Assembly (NCBI GenBank): GCA_039630325.1
Contig: JBCNVG010000014.1
Coordinates: 42,972 to 106,971 of the forward strand
DNA from: Bacteroidia bacterium
GTDB lineage: Bacteria; Bacteroidota; Bacteroidia; SpSt-205
Length of the DNA: 64,000 nucleotides
Direction of reading: 5' to 3'
The notes beneath the pieces were generated by a model. That model was not told the DNA's origin. It saw nothing but the letters and a program-made list of their open reading frames with translations, and ran no database searches. Made by a program: the position numbers and the translations under genes. Positions 18,781-28,638 of this stretch are shown here, one piece after another; position 1 is the first letter of the stretch, and every line of letters begins with the position of its first letter.

Positions 18781-20795
18781 TCGTCTGGTTGTATTTGGAG
18801 TAGTTGTGTGCCGGCTTCTACGGTATCACCCTCTTTTACGAGGATGGCTTCCACCCGACCAGCTTCGGTCGCTTGTATGACATTTTCCATCTTCATGGAT
18901 ACAAATACAAGAAGGGGCTGTCCAGCAGCTACATAGGTGCCGGGCTGCACGTAGACTTTTGTGATTTGTCCTGGCATGGGGGCAATATATCTACCTGGCT
19001 GCTGCGCATCCACTGTTTCAGGGAAACGCGGTAGGAGCTTTGCCTCTACAGCGCCTACAAGTGGTTGATGTATCCAGTACCAGCTTTCCTTATCGTCCGC
19101 AGAGAAAATATTGAGTACCAGCCGCTGTCCTTGCCATTCATACACCATTTGCTGAGGAGTGTGTGAAAGCATGAATACTTCCCCCTCACTTCCTAATATT
19201 TTGCAAGCAAACCGTTGTGGATTGATAGCTCGGCATTCTACGGTGAATACCTTCTCTCCGATTCGCCATCCGTATGGTAGGGGAAGCTGAGGTGTATTGC
19301 GCCAGTTAGGTAGTAGGGTGGGGAGATAGGGTCGTTCCACCGTACTCTTTACTACTCGCCATACGGTTAGTCCAGCCGCCCATGCGATGAGGGTATTTTC
19401 TTCAATATGATTGGCTTTGAGCAAATCAGGGCGGCGCTCTAAAAATCGCGTATCGTATTCTCCTCGGATAAACTCCGGGTCGCTACATAACGACCGCAGA
19501 AAAGATTGGTTATGAGTCAGTCCTATGCAGGTTATTTGTGCGAGGGCATACCTTAGCCGTTGAATCCCCATTTCGCGGGTGGGTGCATGTACGATGATTT
19601 TAGCTATCATCGGATCATAAAGAGGCGATATGAGGCTACCTGTCTCAATCCCACTATCCACCCGTAAATAGGGCAGGTCTGGTACTTGCCAGTACAAAAT
19701 GCGTCCAGTAGCGGGACGAAAATCGGCGGAAGGGTCTTCTGCGTAGAGTCGAGCTTCTACGGCGTAACCAGTGCGAGATATATCTTCCTGACGGTAGGGG
19801 AATGGCTCTCCAGCGGCTATGCGGATTTGCCATTCTACCAGGTCTAAGCCAGTGATAGCTTCGGTGACAGGATGCTCCACTTGCAGACGGGTATTTACCT
19901 CCAAAAAGTAGAATTCACCTGGAGCGACCCGTATGAACTCCACTGTGCCTGCGTTATCGTAGCGTATAGCACGAGCGATTTGTACAGCGGCGGCGCCCAT
20001 GGCTTGACGCTCCGCCTCAGACAGCACTGGTGAGGGTGATTCTTCTATAATCTTCTGGTAGCGACGCTGAATACTACACTCCCTTTCATAGAGATGGACG
20101 ATATGGCCATGCTTGTCGCCCAGAATCTGAAACTCTATGTGTCGTGCAGACGGAAAGTATTTTTCCAGGATGATTTCGCCATCGCCAAAAGCACTCTGGG
20201 CTTCCCTCTGGGCAGATTCGTAAGCTGCAGGTAGGTGAGCAGGTTCGTAAACGATTCGCATGCCCTTGCCACCGCCGCCGCCAGCCGCTTTGAGTAGGAT
20301 CGGGAATCCTATCCTCTGTGCTGCATCCAGAATCTCCTCTATGTGGGCGTCTCGACGCTGGAAGCCAGGGATAGTTGGTATGCCCCATCTACTTGCCAGC
20401 AGCTTGGCATTGGATTTAGAACCCATCTGTTCTATGGCTTCTGGGTGAGGCCCGATGAAAATAAGGGGCTTTTCCCCTCGGCTTTGCCGTATAGCGGACC
20501 GTTCGGCAATCGCCCGAGCAAAAGCGGCATTTTCTGAAAGAAACCCATAGCCAGGATGAATAGCGTCTGCTCTGGCTTTATCGGCTATATCCAGAATCTT
20601 CTCTATGTGCAGGTAGGTGTCTGTGGACGCGCTGCCATGTAGGGGATACGCTTCGTCAGCTTCCCTGACGAAGGGCATGTAGCGATCAGGGTCGCTGTAT
20701 ACGGCGATAGTAGTGATTCCCATTTTCCGACAGGTCCTGATAATGCGGCGAGCGATTTCTCCTCGATTGGCAATCAGAAGCCGCTCAATTGCCAT
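18777..20795 (-). CDS. Acyl-CoA carboxylase alpha subunit (biotin carboxylase + BCCP; AtuF/LiuD-like)
   Basis: LIANRGEIA, HPGYGFLSEN, GGGGKGMR, ERECSIQRR, FLEVNTRLQVEHPVTE; biotin site SMKM. Confidence 0.93.
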   Translation of the reverse strand: MAIERLLIANRGEIARRIIRTCRKMGITTIAVYSDPDRYMPFVREADEAYPLHGSASTDTYLHIEKILDIADKARADAIHPGYGFLSENAAFARAIAERSAIRQSRGEKPLIFIGPHPEAIEQMGSKSNAKLLASRWGIPTIPGFQRRDAHIEEILDAAQRIGFPILLKAAGGGGGKGMRIVYEPAHLPAAYESAQREAQSAFGDGEIILEKYFPSARHIEFQILGDKHGHIVHLYERECSIQRRYQKIIEESPSPVLSEAERQAMGAAAVQIARAIRYDNAGTVEFIRVAPGEFYFLEVNTRLQVEHPVTEAITGLDLVEWQIRIAAGEPFPYRQEDISRTGYAVEARLYAEDPSADFRPATGRILYWQVPDLPYLRVDSGIETGSLISPLYDPMIAKIIVHAPTREMGIQRLRYALAQITCIGLTHNQSFLRSLCSDPEFIRGEYDTRFLERRPDLLKANHIEENTLIAWAAGLTVWRVVKSTVERPYLPTLLPNWRNTPQLPLPYGWRIGEKVFTVECRAINPQRFACKILGSEGEVFMLSHTPQQMVYEWQGQRLVLNIFSADDKESWYWIHQPLVGAVEAKLLPRFPETVDAQQPGRYIAPMPGQITKVYVQPGTYVAAGQPLLVFVSMKMENVIQATEAGRVEAILVKEGDTVEAGTQLLQIQPDE

Positions 20796-20819
20796 GATAC
20801 GGCGCAGTTTTTCGTTTGA

Positions 20820-22418
20820 TTACATGCGATATACCCCATATACATTGGAGGGTTCTATGGGTTGCTGATGAACAATTGCCAGACAGATTCCCAGATAGTC
20901 CCGAGTTAGTCGGGGGTCAATCACCCCATCGTCCCAAAGCTGAGCGGTGCTGTACCAGGCATCTGAGGTTCGCTCTATTTCTTGGATGAGGTGTTGACGC
21001 AAAAGAGCAGCTTGCTGCTCATCGTAAGGCATGCCAGCTTTCTCAGCGGCTTGACGCTGGATAGTTTCCATAACCCCTGCGAGCTGCTCAGGACCCATGA
21101 CGGCGATGCGACTATTGGGATACGAGAAGAGAAATCGCGGACGATAGGCACGTCCAGCCATTGCGTAGTTTCCTGCACCGTAGGAGGCTCCGACGATTAT
21201 AGTGATGTGAGGAACTTCGCTATTGGACACCGCATTTATCATCTTAGCGCCATGTTTGATAATGCCTTCCTGCTCGTATCGGCTGCCAACTATAAACCCT
21301 GTGATATTTTGGAGGAAAAGAATGGGTTTCTTTTCTCTATTACATAGCTGAATAAAATGAGCCCCCTTATTGGCCGCTTCTGAGAAAAGGACACCATTAT
21401 TACCTATGATGCCTACGGGATAGCCATGGATTTCGGCCCAGCCTGTAATAAGGGTAGGGCCCCATGCAGGTTTGAATTCTAAAAATCGCGAGTCATCGAC
21501 TATCCGAATGATAAGTTCTCTAATGTCAAATGGCTGCTTGGGATCTGACGGTATAATATGCAGGAGTTCTTCGGGCGCATAACGAGGAGGCAAAGGCCGA
21601 TGAGGAGGATGATAAGCAGGTCGTACAGGGTACAGATGACTCATGAGCTCCCGAGCTTTACGAATGGCATCTAACTCATTTTCGGCCAGAAAGTCTGCTA
21701 CCCCTGACTGTGTAGCGTGCATTTGCGCTCCGCCAAGGGTCTCTTCATCTACGATTTCGCCAGTGGCGAGCCTAACCAGTGGAGGACCTGCTAAGAAAAC
21801 TTTCGCCTGCCCTTTGACGAAGATAGTGTAATCACTCATGCCAGGGACATAGGCTCCGCCTGCCGTGGCATTTCCCGTTACGATAGAAATGGTTGTTAGA
21901 CCCGCTTTAGAACGGCGAGTGATCTCCCGAAAAATCGCTCCGCCATAATTGAAGATTTTTGCCTGCTCAGGCAGATCAGCTCCCGCTGACTCCACAAAGT
22001 TTATGACAGGTAGTCCATTCTCAAAAGCGATTTCGTTGAGTCGGAGACTTTTTTGAAGGGTAGGTAGGTCTATGGCTCCACCTTTTTCTGTACCAACATT
22101 TGCTGTAATCATTGTCCACCGTCCTGCCACGAGTCCGATTCCACCGACCAGCGTACCGCCAGGAGAAGAAGTTTTTCCACCTAATCCTGCCAAGGGTAAA
22201 AGTTCCAAAAAGGGTGACCCCTCGTCTAAGAGATATTCTATTCTCTCTCGTGCGAGAAACTTTCCTTCCCGTCGTGCTTTTTCTACATGCTTTTCTTTAC
22301 CCTGATATAAGGCAGATTGGTAATGAGCATGTAGCTGTTCCAATAGGGCGCGCATTCGGGCCGCATTCTCTTCCGAAGCAGGGGTGGGAAGCCATCGGCT
22401 CTTCATCACAGGTAACAT
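20820..22418 (-). CDS. Acyl-CoA carboxylase beta (carboxyltransferase) subunit, AtuC/AccD2-like
   Basis: ARERI..LLD, ESAGADL, TAGGAYVPGMSDY, FLAGPPLV, GASYGAGNYAM, WDDGVIDPR.TR. Confidence 0.92.
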   Translation of the reverse strand: MLPVMKSRWLPTPASEENAARMRALLEQLHAHYQSALYQGKEKHVEKARREGKFLARERIEYLLDEGSPFLELLPLAGLGGKTSSPGGTLVGGIGLVAGRWTMITANVGTEKGGAIDLPTLQKSLRLNEIAFENGLPVINFVESAGADLPEQAKIFNYGGAIFREITRRSKAGLTTISIVTGNATAGGAYVPGMSDYTIFVKGQAKVFLAGPPLVRLATGEIVDEETLGGAQMHATQSGVADFLAENELDAIRKARELMSHLYPVRPAYHPPHRPLPPRYAPEELLHIIPSDPKQPFDIRELIIRIVDDSRFLEFKPAWGPTLITGWAEIHGYPVGIIGNNGVLFSEAANKGAHFIQLCNREKKPILFLQNITGFIVGSRYEQEGIIKHGAKMINAVSNSEVPHITIIVGASYGAGNYAMAGRAYRPRFLFSYPNSRIAVMGPEQLAGVMETIQRQAAEKAGMPYDEQQAALLRQHLIQEIERTSDAWYSTAQLWDDGVIDPRLTRDYLGICLAIVHQQPIEPSNVYGVYRM

Positions 22419-22449
22419 ATCTCAGATGGGTAAGCCGAGGCTACGATAG

Positions 22450-24573
22450 CTATAAATGGGTGTATAAGAAGGTCTGACCACCTCTTGGACTCAGTACATG
22501 AATAAAATAAACGCCTCTCCCCAAAGAGGCTGGGAGTTCTATACGATGACTACCAGGGGGTAAACCTCTAAGCTGTTCGCTCCACAGAAGCCTAAGAGAG
22601 GCATCATACAAGAGGATTTCGGCTTCAGGCAAGGATTCTTGGGTAGTCAGATGCACTTTACTGTCTTGTACAAAGATGCGCAAAGGGGAGTGCGCAAGGG
22701 TAGGGATGGTCGAGAGGCGACGCGGTAGAGTATCGATTTGAATATCATCCAGATAGAGATGATTACCCCAGCCGCAGACGCCTTCAAACTTGAGACGCAC
22801 AGTCTGGCCTCTATAGGCATCTAAGAGGAGGCTGTCTGTTTTCCAAAGCTCGGCTGTCGGAGTAAATAGTTGACCCCCAGTAGAACCGCGCGCCTCTATA
22901 CAGCCCATCGGGTGAGTAGATAAATCTCGTCCTCCCTTCTCCCAAATCAGAGACCATGTGCGTCCACAGTCAGGGGAGATATACACCTTTAGGGTGTCTG
23001 TATAGTCCAGCTCGTATGATAAGTTAGGCGGAGAGTTGGCTGCATAGTTCAGGCACGCATATGCCCAAGAAAATTTTAGCTGGATCGATTGGAGAGTGTC
23101 TGATGGTAGATAAATGGTTGGAGAGATCCAGGAGTCCTTTTCCCCATATTGGGAGTAGAAAAAGAAAGTCAAACGCAAGCAGCTAAGAGATTGTCCATAA
23201 GCCCCACGCGGCGTTGAAGAGCTTCTAAACCTGTCCCATGTACGCCGTCCGTCAAGGTTTTCTAAGGCGCTATGAGCTGGTGGAAAAGCTGTTCCTTCAA
23301 ATCCTTCAAAATAGGGCACTGAATAAGTGGTGTCGTAGATAGTTATATAGCCTACCTTTCGGAGAGTATCCCGCCGTCCGCTGAGATTCTGAACAATCAG
23401 TTGCACGGTGTAGGTGCCCGCTGCTGGGAAGGTAACCAGCGGACAAGAGGAGCTGGGATCATCAGCTATTCCACCTCCAAAGTCCCATTGATACTGATGG
23501 GGCATTCCCATACAGCGGCTAATGAACTGGATAGGCTGTCCGACACAGCCAGTACGCTGATTAGCAGAAAAATAAGCCTTGACTAATCCGTATGGACCTG
23601 TACCCGTTTGCTGAGGCACATCCAGGGAGATGAGAGGAGAAAGGACAGAGGATGGGTGCTGAATAGCCATCCAAGTGCGCATCTTTTGCCCTTCTGTAAA
23701 GCCGGCTATCTCCCTGTCGGATATGTAGTCCATGTGATTACGGGGGTTATCCGGTAGGTCTGGGTAGTCATTATTGCATGTGTTTTTGCGGGTGACATCG
23801 TAATTGGGGCCGCTGGTGGGTGGCGTATCACATATAGCGTCTCCACTATGGAGGCAATCAAGCGTACCGCACCCATCTTCAAAGGGATGATACAGCTCTA
23901 AGCAGTGACCTAATTCATGCGTGAGCGTGCGTCCCGTAGACCCTAAGCTGGAGCCCCAGAAGAAGTTCGCTCCAAGCACTACTCCATAAGTTTGTCCAGA
24001 GGAACCTATCGGAAACTCTGCATAACCAGCTATGTGATCACAGGCGCTACAATCGCCTGGCGCGTCTTCTACACATATCGTCGGTACGACCCATACATTC
24101 AAGTAGCGCGAAGGATCCCATCCTGTGGCCTGCTTCATAGCAAAGTCTTGGTCCACGCAGAATCTCGGCGAAGTCCAGTTCAGTGGCGGATCATTATATT
24201 TCCAATACACCACGCCTGTGGTGGGATTGCCATTTTCATCCCTGGTGGCAAGCGAAAACTCTATCTCTGTGTCTACGCCCTTAGAGGTAAAACTCCGAGT
24301 TTCGGGCACACACCTAAAGTCTTCAAAGCAAGCGCGCATTTGCCCTAATATCTGCTCGTAGGAAATGCGGTCGCGATGACTGGAATAAATCACGTGAAAA
24401 ACTACTGGTATCACAAAGCGAGAAGGGCGACAGGCCTGATTGTTAGTAAGTCGCATTTGTTGGGCAGCTCTCTCCATTAGTTCCTTGCCTAAGGATACGA
24501 GAGGCTGTTTCGGGGGAGTGGCGCACCAGGACACTTGAGCCCATATACTCCACATCCAGGCCGTTGCTATCAT
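22450..24573 (-). CDS. M43 (pappalysin/ulilysin-like) metalloprotease with PKD domain and T9SS C-terminal domain
   Basis: IPVVFHVI, WDPSRYLNVW, HELGHCLELYH, CDTPP, NHMDY Met-turn; WDFGGG..GTYTVQL PKD; LGRGVYFIHV CTD. Confidence 0.88.
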   Translation of the reverse strand: MIATAWMWSIWAQVSWCATPPKQPLVSLGKELMERAAQQMRLTNNQACRPSRFVIPVVFHVIYSSHRDRISYEQILGQMRACFEDFRCVPETRSFTSKGVDTEIEFSLATRDENGNPTTGVVYWKYNDPPLNWTSPRFCVDQDFAMKQATGWDPSRYLNVWVVPTICVEDAPGDCSACDHIAGYAEFPIGSSGQTYGVVLGANFFWGSSLGSTGRTLTHELGHCLELYHPFEDGCGTLDCLHSGDAICDTPPTSGPNYDVTRKNTCNNDYPDLPDNPRNHMDYISDREIAGFTEGQKMRTWMAIQHPSSVLSPLISLDVPQQTGTGPYGLVKAYFSANQRTGCVGQPIQFISRCMGMPHQYQWDFGGGIADDPSSSCPLVTFPAAGTYTVQLIVQNLSGRRDTLRKVGYITIYDTTYSVPYFEGFEGTAFPPAHSALENLDGRRTWDRFRSSSTPRGAYGQSLSCLRLTFFFYSQYGEKDSWISPTIYLPSDTLQSIQLKFSWAYACLNYAANSPPNLSYELDYTDTLKVYISPDCGRTWSLIWEKGGRDLSTHPMGCIEARGSTGGQLFTPTAELWKTDSLLLDAYRGQTVRLKFEGVCGWGNHLYLDDIQIDTLPRRLSTIPTLAHSPLRIFVQDSKVHLTTQESLPEAEILLYDASLRLLWSEQLRGLPPGSHRIELPASLGRGVYFIHVLSPRGGQTFLYTHL

Positions 24574-24639
24574 AAAAACAAATATAGGCAGAATCAGTTG
24601 GGCCTACTTACTCTGGGGCTTGCCGCTATAAAAGCGCTT

Positions 24640-25848
24640 TTATCCTAATCCTTGCAGGCCCAAAGCCATTAGCATCACACCGAAAACTATATAAAGCGCT
24701 TTGTAGAGAATATTGGGGGCCGTGCGATTCTCTTCCCCCCATAGACGCCACAGAACTTTCCCATATACCGCGAAGCCTCCTATCGTAGCTATGAGGCTTG
24801 CGCTAATCAGAATCCACCGAAAAGGAAGAGGTAAATAGTCAATCCCAACCCAGAAAAGCTGGAACTTCACCCAGAACCCTAATACAGGCGGTAGCGCAGC
24901 TAAGTTGGCTAAAATCAAAATACCCACAGCTGCACCTATGCGCCCACTCCATGGCCGTTGCACATACAAAAGAGATAGTAGAGTCGCTACGCCATATATT
25001 GGCCAAAACTCCCAGCCAGCAAATGCTCCATGGGCAGTCATAGCTAAAATTAGATAGGCCCCTTGAGCGAAGCTGCCCCAGAATATCATTTCGGAAAGCT
25101 CTTCGGCTTTCCATGCTAAGGCATAGGCTCCTAAAAGAGAAATGGTCCCGAAAGTGTAAATGGTCTCCATGTGCAATTGATTGGAGCTTTGAGCAGAGAG
25201 GAGATTCAACAGCAAAGCCCCTTTGGGGACTACGGCAAACCATCCCCCCCATATGACAGGCAGGGTGCGATATAGGCTAATCAGCCAAAAATGCCAGGGA
25301 ATAAAACCTATTTTGATGGACCACCCCGTAAGCAAAAGCATGTCTGAAAAGTATCCCCCCGTAGATAGGGGGTAGCTGAGGGGAACCCCCGCAGACAGAC
25401 GAAGGGCTATACCCAAAAAGATAAAAGCTGAGGCTGTTACGCTCCAAATTAGGTATCGCAGTACAGCTTTCCATTTGTCGGCCTGGTTACTTGCTCCTAC
25501 GATGAAAAAGTATCCGGCAATGGCCGCACTTTCCATCAGAGTCCATGTAAAAGCCAAATGTGAACTTCGTAGGAGAAGACCATAGCTGCCTATTTGGAGG
25601 AGAAGAGCCCATGACGCCGCTCCTTTTAGCGGATGTAAAATCCATATGAACCCTGTCAAGCCTGCGAAAGCCCATAACATTTCCACGGCTGACCCCGATG
25701 AATAGAAAAGAGCTGTGCTGAACTCCCTCTGCCAAAAGGTAGCTATACCATAAGCAGCTATGAAAACCGGAGGGACCCATCGCCAGCGGTGCGTAAGACC
25801 CGCTCCGATAAGCAAAGCCTCAGGCCATAGCTGTTCAACCCCCCACAT
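24640..25848 (-). CDS. nuoN: NuoN-like proton-pumping membrane subunit (short)
   Basis: LMES, IKIGFIPWHFW, VVPKG, LAALPPVLGFWVKF; 402 aa. Confidence 0.78.
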   Translation of the reverse strand: MWGVEQLWPEALLIGAGLTHRWRWVPPVFIAAYGIATFWQREFSTALFYSSGSAVEMLWAFAGLTGFIWILHPLKGAASWALLLQIGSYGLLLRSSHLAFTWTLMESAAIAGYFFIVGASNQADKWKAVLRYLIWSVTASAFIFLGIALRLSAGVPLSYPLSTGGYFSDMLLLTGWSIKIGFIPWHFWLISLYRTLPVIWGGWFAVVPKGALLLNLLSAQSSNQLHMETIYTFGTISLLGAYALAWKAEELSEMIFWGSFAQGAYLILAMTAHGAFAGWEFWPIYGVATLLSLLYVQRPWSGRIGAAVGILILANLAALPPVLGFWVKFQLFWVGIDYLPLPFRWILISASLIATIGGFAVYGKVLWRLWGEENRTAPNILYKALYIVFGVMLMALGLQGLG

Positions 25849-27232
25849 GAGTCAGCAGCTCTAACCATATTTTCGGATAGATTCCGACGGCCATAGACAA
25901 CCCTATGAATACCCATACGATTAGCTGAAGAAAGGGGCTCGGAGAGCCTGAAAGGCGAGGGGACGAATGACTCGGCGCAGCTAATCGGCGATAAGCTCTC
26001 AGAAAATATACCGCTGTGAGTACTATCCCTGCTGCGGGTAAAAGTGCCCACGCCCAAGTCGTGCCGCGGGCTACTCCCCATATGATCATAAGCTCAGAAA
26101 TAAAAAGCGCCGTGCCTGGGGCCCCAATCGCACTAAAACTGAGGAGTGCCGCTTGAAACGGCTTCCAGTTGGAATAAGATAGCGCACCGCTCAGCTCTTT
26201 TATCTGACGAGTTTGAAAGGACTTTTCTATCCAGCCCACCCAGGCGAAAAGTCCCGCACTGATTATTCCATGGGTAAAGAGCTGGTGATACGCCCCTTGA
26301 AGGCCGTAAATGCTCTGCGCTCCTGCACCTATCGCTACCATTGCCATATGACCAATAGAGGTAAAAGCAATCATGCTTTTGAGGTCAGATTGCCCTGTGG
26401 CCACGGCTGCGGCATATATTAGGCTGATGCTTCCGATAATGCGCAGGCCGAGTGCCTGGTCTGCGGTAGGCGCCGTCCATACCCAATGGAGGAGTGCATA
26501 TCCTCCGAGTTTGAGTAGGATACCCGCCAGCATCATAGATAAGGCCGTATCTGCCTCCACGTGAGCTTCACCCAACCAACTGTGTAAAGGAATAAGGGGT
26601 AGCTTGACGGCTAGCCCTATGGACATGAGTAGCCATGAGAGGGAGGAGAGGCGGCTAGGAAGCCACACTTCTCCAGCTTCGATAGGCACTTCATGCAAGC
26701 TAAGGAGGAGCCCCACCAGAAATACCACAGAGCCACTAAGGGTGAAAAGGGCAAACTTTACCGCAGCACTCCTGCGCCGAGGACTACCCCATCCGTAAAT
26801 CAACAAGAAAGCAGGTACGAGAGCTGCCTCATAAAACACGAAAAATAGAAGAATATCTTGAGCCAGAAATACCCCCTGCGAAAATCCCATCACTAAAAAG
26901 AGAAGAGCGGAAAATCCTTGAACTTGCGCTACATATAACTGGCCATACAAGAGGGACGCATGGCCGACGATGACCGTAAGTAAAAGTAAGGCTAAGTTCG
27001 TAGAATGAGCACTGATGAAGTAGTAAAATTTTTGCCCCCCTAAACTGAACCATGGCACGCGCAGGGCTATCTCACTTGCTTTGACTAAAGAGTATAGTAG
27101 CAGCCAGAGAAGTCCCTGCAAAATACCATGGGCGAGTGAGAATATCATCAAACTTCTACGGGGGAGGAAGAGAGCTATCCCCGCCGCCAAAATCGGCAAT
27201 AGCCACAAGGCATTTAGCGCAATAGCTTCCAT
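25835..27232 (-). CDS. nuoM: NuoM-like proton-pumping membrane subunit
   Basis: DILLFFVFYEAALVP, AVKLPLIPLHSWL..AHVEA, LAGILLKLGGY, DLKSMIAFTSIGHM, PGTALFISE. Start ATG 27232. Confidence 0.88.
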   Translation of the reverse strand: MEAIALNALWLLPILAAGIALFLPRRSLMIFSLAHGILQGLLWLLLYSLVKASEIALRVPWFSLGGQKFYYFISAHSTNLALLLLTVIVGHASLLYGQLYVAQVQGFSALLFLVMGFSQGVFLAQDILLFFVFYEAALVPAFLLIYGWGSPRRRSAAVKFALFTLSGSVVFLVGLLLSLHEVPIEAGEVWLPSRLSSLSWLLMSIGLAVKLPLIPLHSWLGEAHVEADTALSMMLAGILLKLGGYALLHWVWTAPTADQALGLRIIGSISLIYAAAVATGQSDLKSMIAFTSIGHMAMVAIGAGAQSIYGLQGAYHQLFTHGIISAGLFAWVGWIEKSFQTRQIKELSGALSYSNWKPFQAALLSFSAIGAPGTALFISELMIIWGVARGTTWAWALLPAAGIVLTAVYFLRAYRRLAAPSHSSPRLSGSPSPFLQLIVWVFIGLSMAVGIYPKIWLELLTHVGG

Positions 27233-28638
27233 GCCATACCGATGATTAGGGTCAGGAGGAAGCTCCAACGTAGAGCTTGCACATACGCTTGTTGATGAGT
27301 ATTGCCAGACAGAGAGGCTAAACCCTGCCGAACCGCCTGGGCAGCTTGGGGCCATCCCCTCTGAACGAGAAGAGACTCTATCTGAACAGAGGCGTTACCT
27401 ATGGCAATGAATTTCCGAGCTATGCGTTCTACAATCATATTGAGCTGGCGCTCTACCTTACAGGCCCACTGACTAAGATAAGTCCATCCCTTGAGACTAA
27501 TCTGCATAATCCGCACCGCAGGAATGTCCAATCGCAGCTTCATCGGCATTGGCCGCCATGCACCTATTAGAAGTCCCGCTAGACTCAGCATGCCCTGCCA
27601 CGAAAGGCCCTTCATATGAAAGGCGGCCAGAAAGATGAGCACGCTAACCACAAGCTCTGCCAAGGGAAATTTTTCTCCGCTTTGATTATAGGTGGTACGA
27701 GCCCATGCTTGTCCCAAGGCTATAGCCGAGATGAATTCCACTGGAAGGAGCTTCTGGTCGGCTGCAGCTTCGCTTACGAAAAGGAGAGCCGAAGCGAGCC
27801 ACCATAAAAGGGTGAGGGTGAGTGAAAATCCCTTCCCTTTTCGGGCCAGGTCTAAAAGAAGGAAAAGAGCAGCTTTGAGATAGCTATGATGTATGAGATA
27901 AGAGAGGGCAAGGGCTGGCTGCGAAACTAAATACAGCGCTATTCCTAAGTGAGCTGAGGTCGTCCAAGCCAAAGTTACCTTGGGGCTTCGGCTAAATACA
28001 GCTCCGAGGCTGGCTCCGAGGCTGGCTATCCATACGGCAGTTTGTCCCCAGTCAGGTAAAGGCGACCTTACGAAATCAGGATATCGTATGGGCAGATATA
28101 CAGCCATCCCTACTAAGAGGGCTGAGTGTAGAAGCGCTGAAACAGGAGCAGGGGCTATCATCGCTTGCACTAACCAGAAGGTGAAGGGGAATATGCCAGC
28201 CTTGATGAGGACGCTTATCCAGACGCCCGCCGGAAAAGCTCCAGAAAATACCCCTGTAAGCCAGAAAGCATCTCCTAAGCGGTTGGTGAGAAAGGCGATA
28301 AAGGCAGCTTCTAAACTGCGTTTACTCACTCGGTGTCCAAAAGCGATTAGACCCCAGCCTGCCATGCTTACCATTTCCCACCCTGCGAAGATCCCAATTG
28401 GATGAGTCGCTTCCACGAAAAGCGCCACGCCTACTGCTGCCACCACAAATCCTACCGCATATACCAGATAAGGGGGAGCATACCGGTAACCGCTTTTCTT
28501 GGTACTATATGTCAGAAATGTATAGCTTGCAATGATTGCGGTGATGTCCAAAGCCACAGATAGAAGCTTGTCCTCTACTCCGAACCGTCCTAAAAAGCAA
28601 CCGAGTATTACCAGTCCCAAAATGCCTCGATAAGCCAC
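27214..28638 (-). CDS. nuoL: NuoL-like proton-pumping membrane subunit (shortened, divergent)
   Basis: GWEMVS..GWGLIAF, AFLTNRLGD, KAGIFPF..WL..AM.AP.PVSALLHSA, HHSYLKAALFL; only 474 aa. Confidence 0.78.
   Translation of the reverse strand: MAYRGILGLVILGCFLGRFGVEDKLLSVALDITAIIASYTFLTYSTKKSGYRYAPPYLVYAVGFVVAAVGVALFVEATHPIGIFAGWEMVSMAGWGLIAFGHRVSKRSLEAAFIAFLTNRLGDAFWLTGVFSGAFPAGVWISVLIKAGIFPFTFWLVQAMIAPAPVSALLHSALLVGMAVYLPIRYPDFVRSPLPDWGQTAVWIASLGASLGAVFSRSPKVTLAWTTSAHLGIALYLVSQPALALSYLIHHSYLKAALFLLLDLARKGKGFSLTLTLLWWLASALLFVSEAAADQKLLPVEFISAIALGQAWARTTYNQSGEKFPLAELVVSVLIFLAAFHMKGLSWQGMLSLAGLLIGAWRPMPMKLRLDIPAVRIMQISLKGWTYLSQWACKVERQLNMIVERIARKFIAIGNASVQIESLLVQRGWPQAAQAVRQGLASLSGNTHQQAYVQALRWSFLLTLIIGMAWKLLR

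Noticed and set aside
24640-28638. Mrp Na+/H+ antiporter or DabAB/MpsAB inorganic carbon pump interpretation
   Set aside because: No MrpB/C/E/F/G or DUF2309 partner nearby; the order and motifs (NuoM ISE, NuoN GF..KF) fit complex I L-M-N.
27214-28638. nuoL as a pseudogene
   Set aside because: The ORF is uninterrupted, tightly coupled at both ends and retains key Glu/Lys motifs; the shortening is spread across the gene rather than a single truncation.
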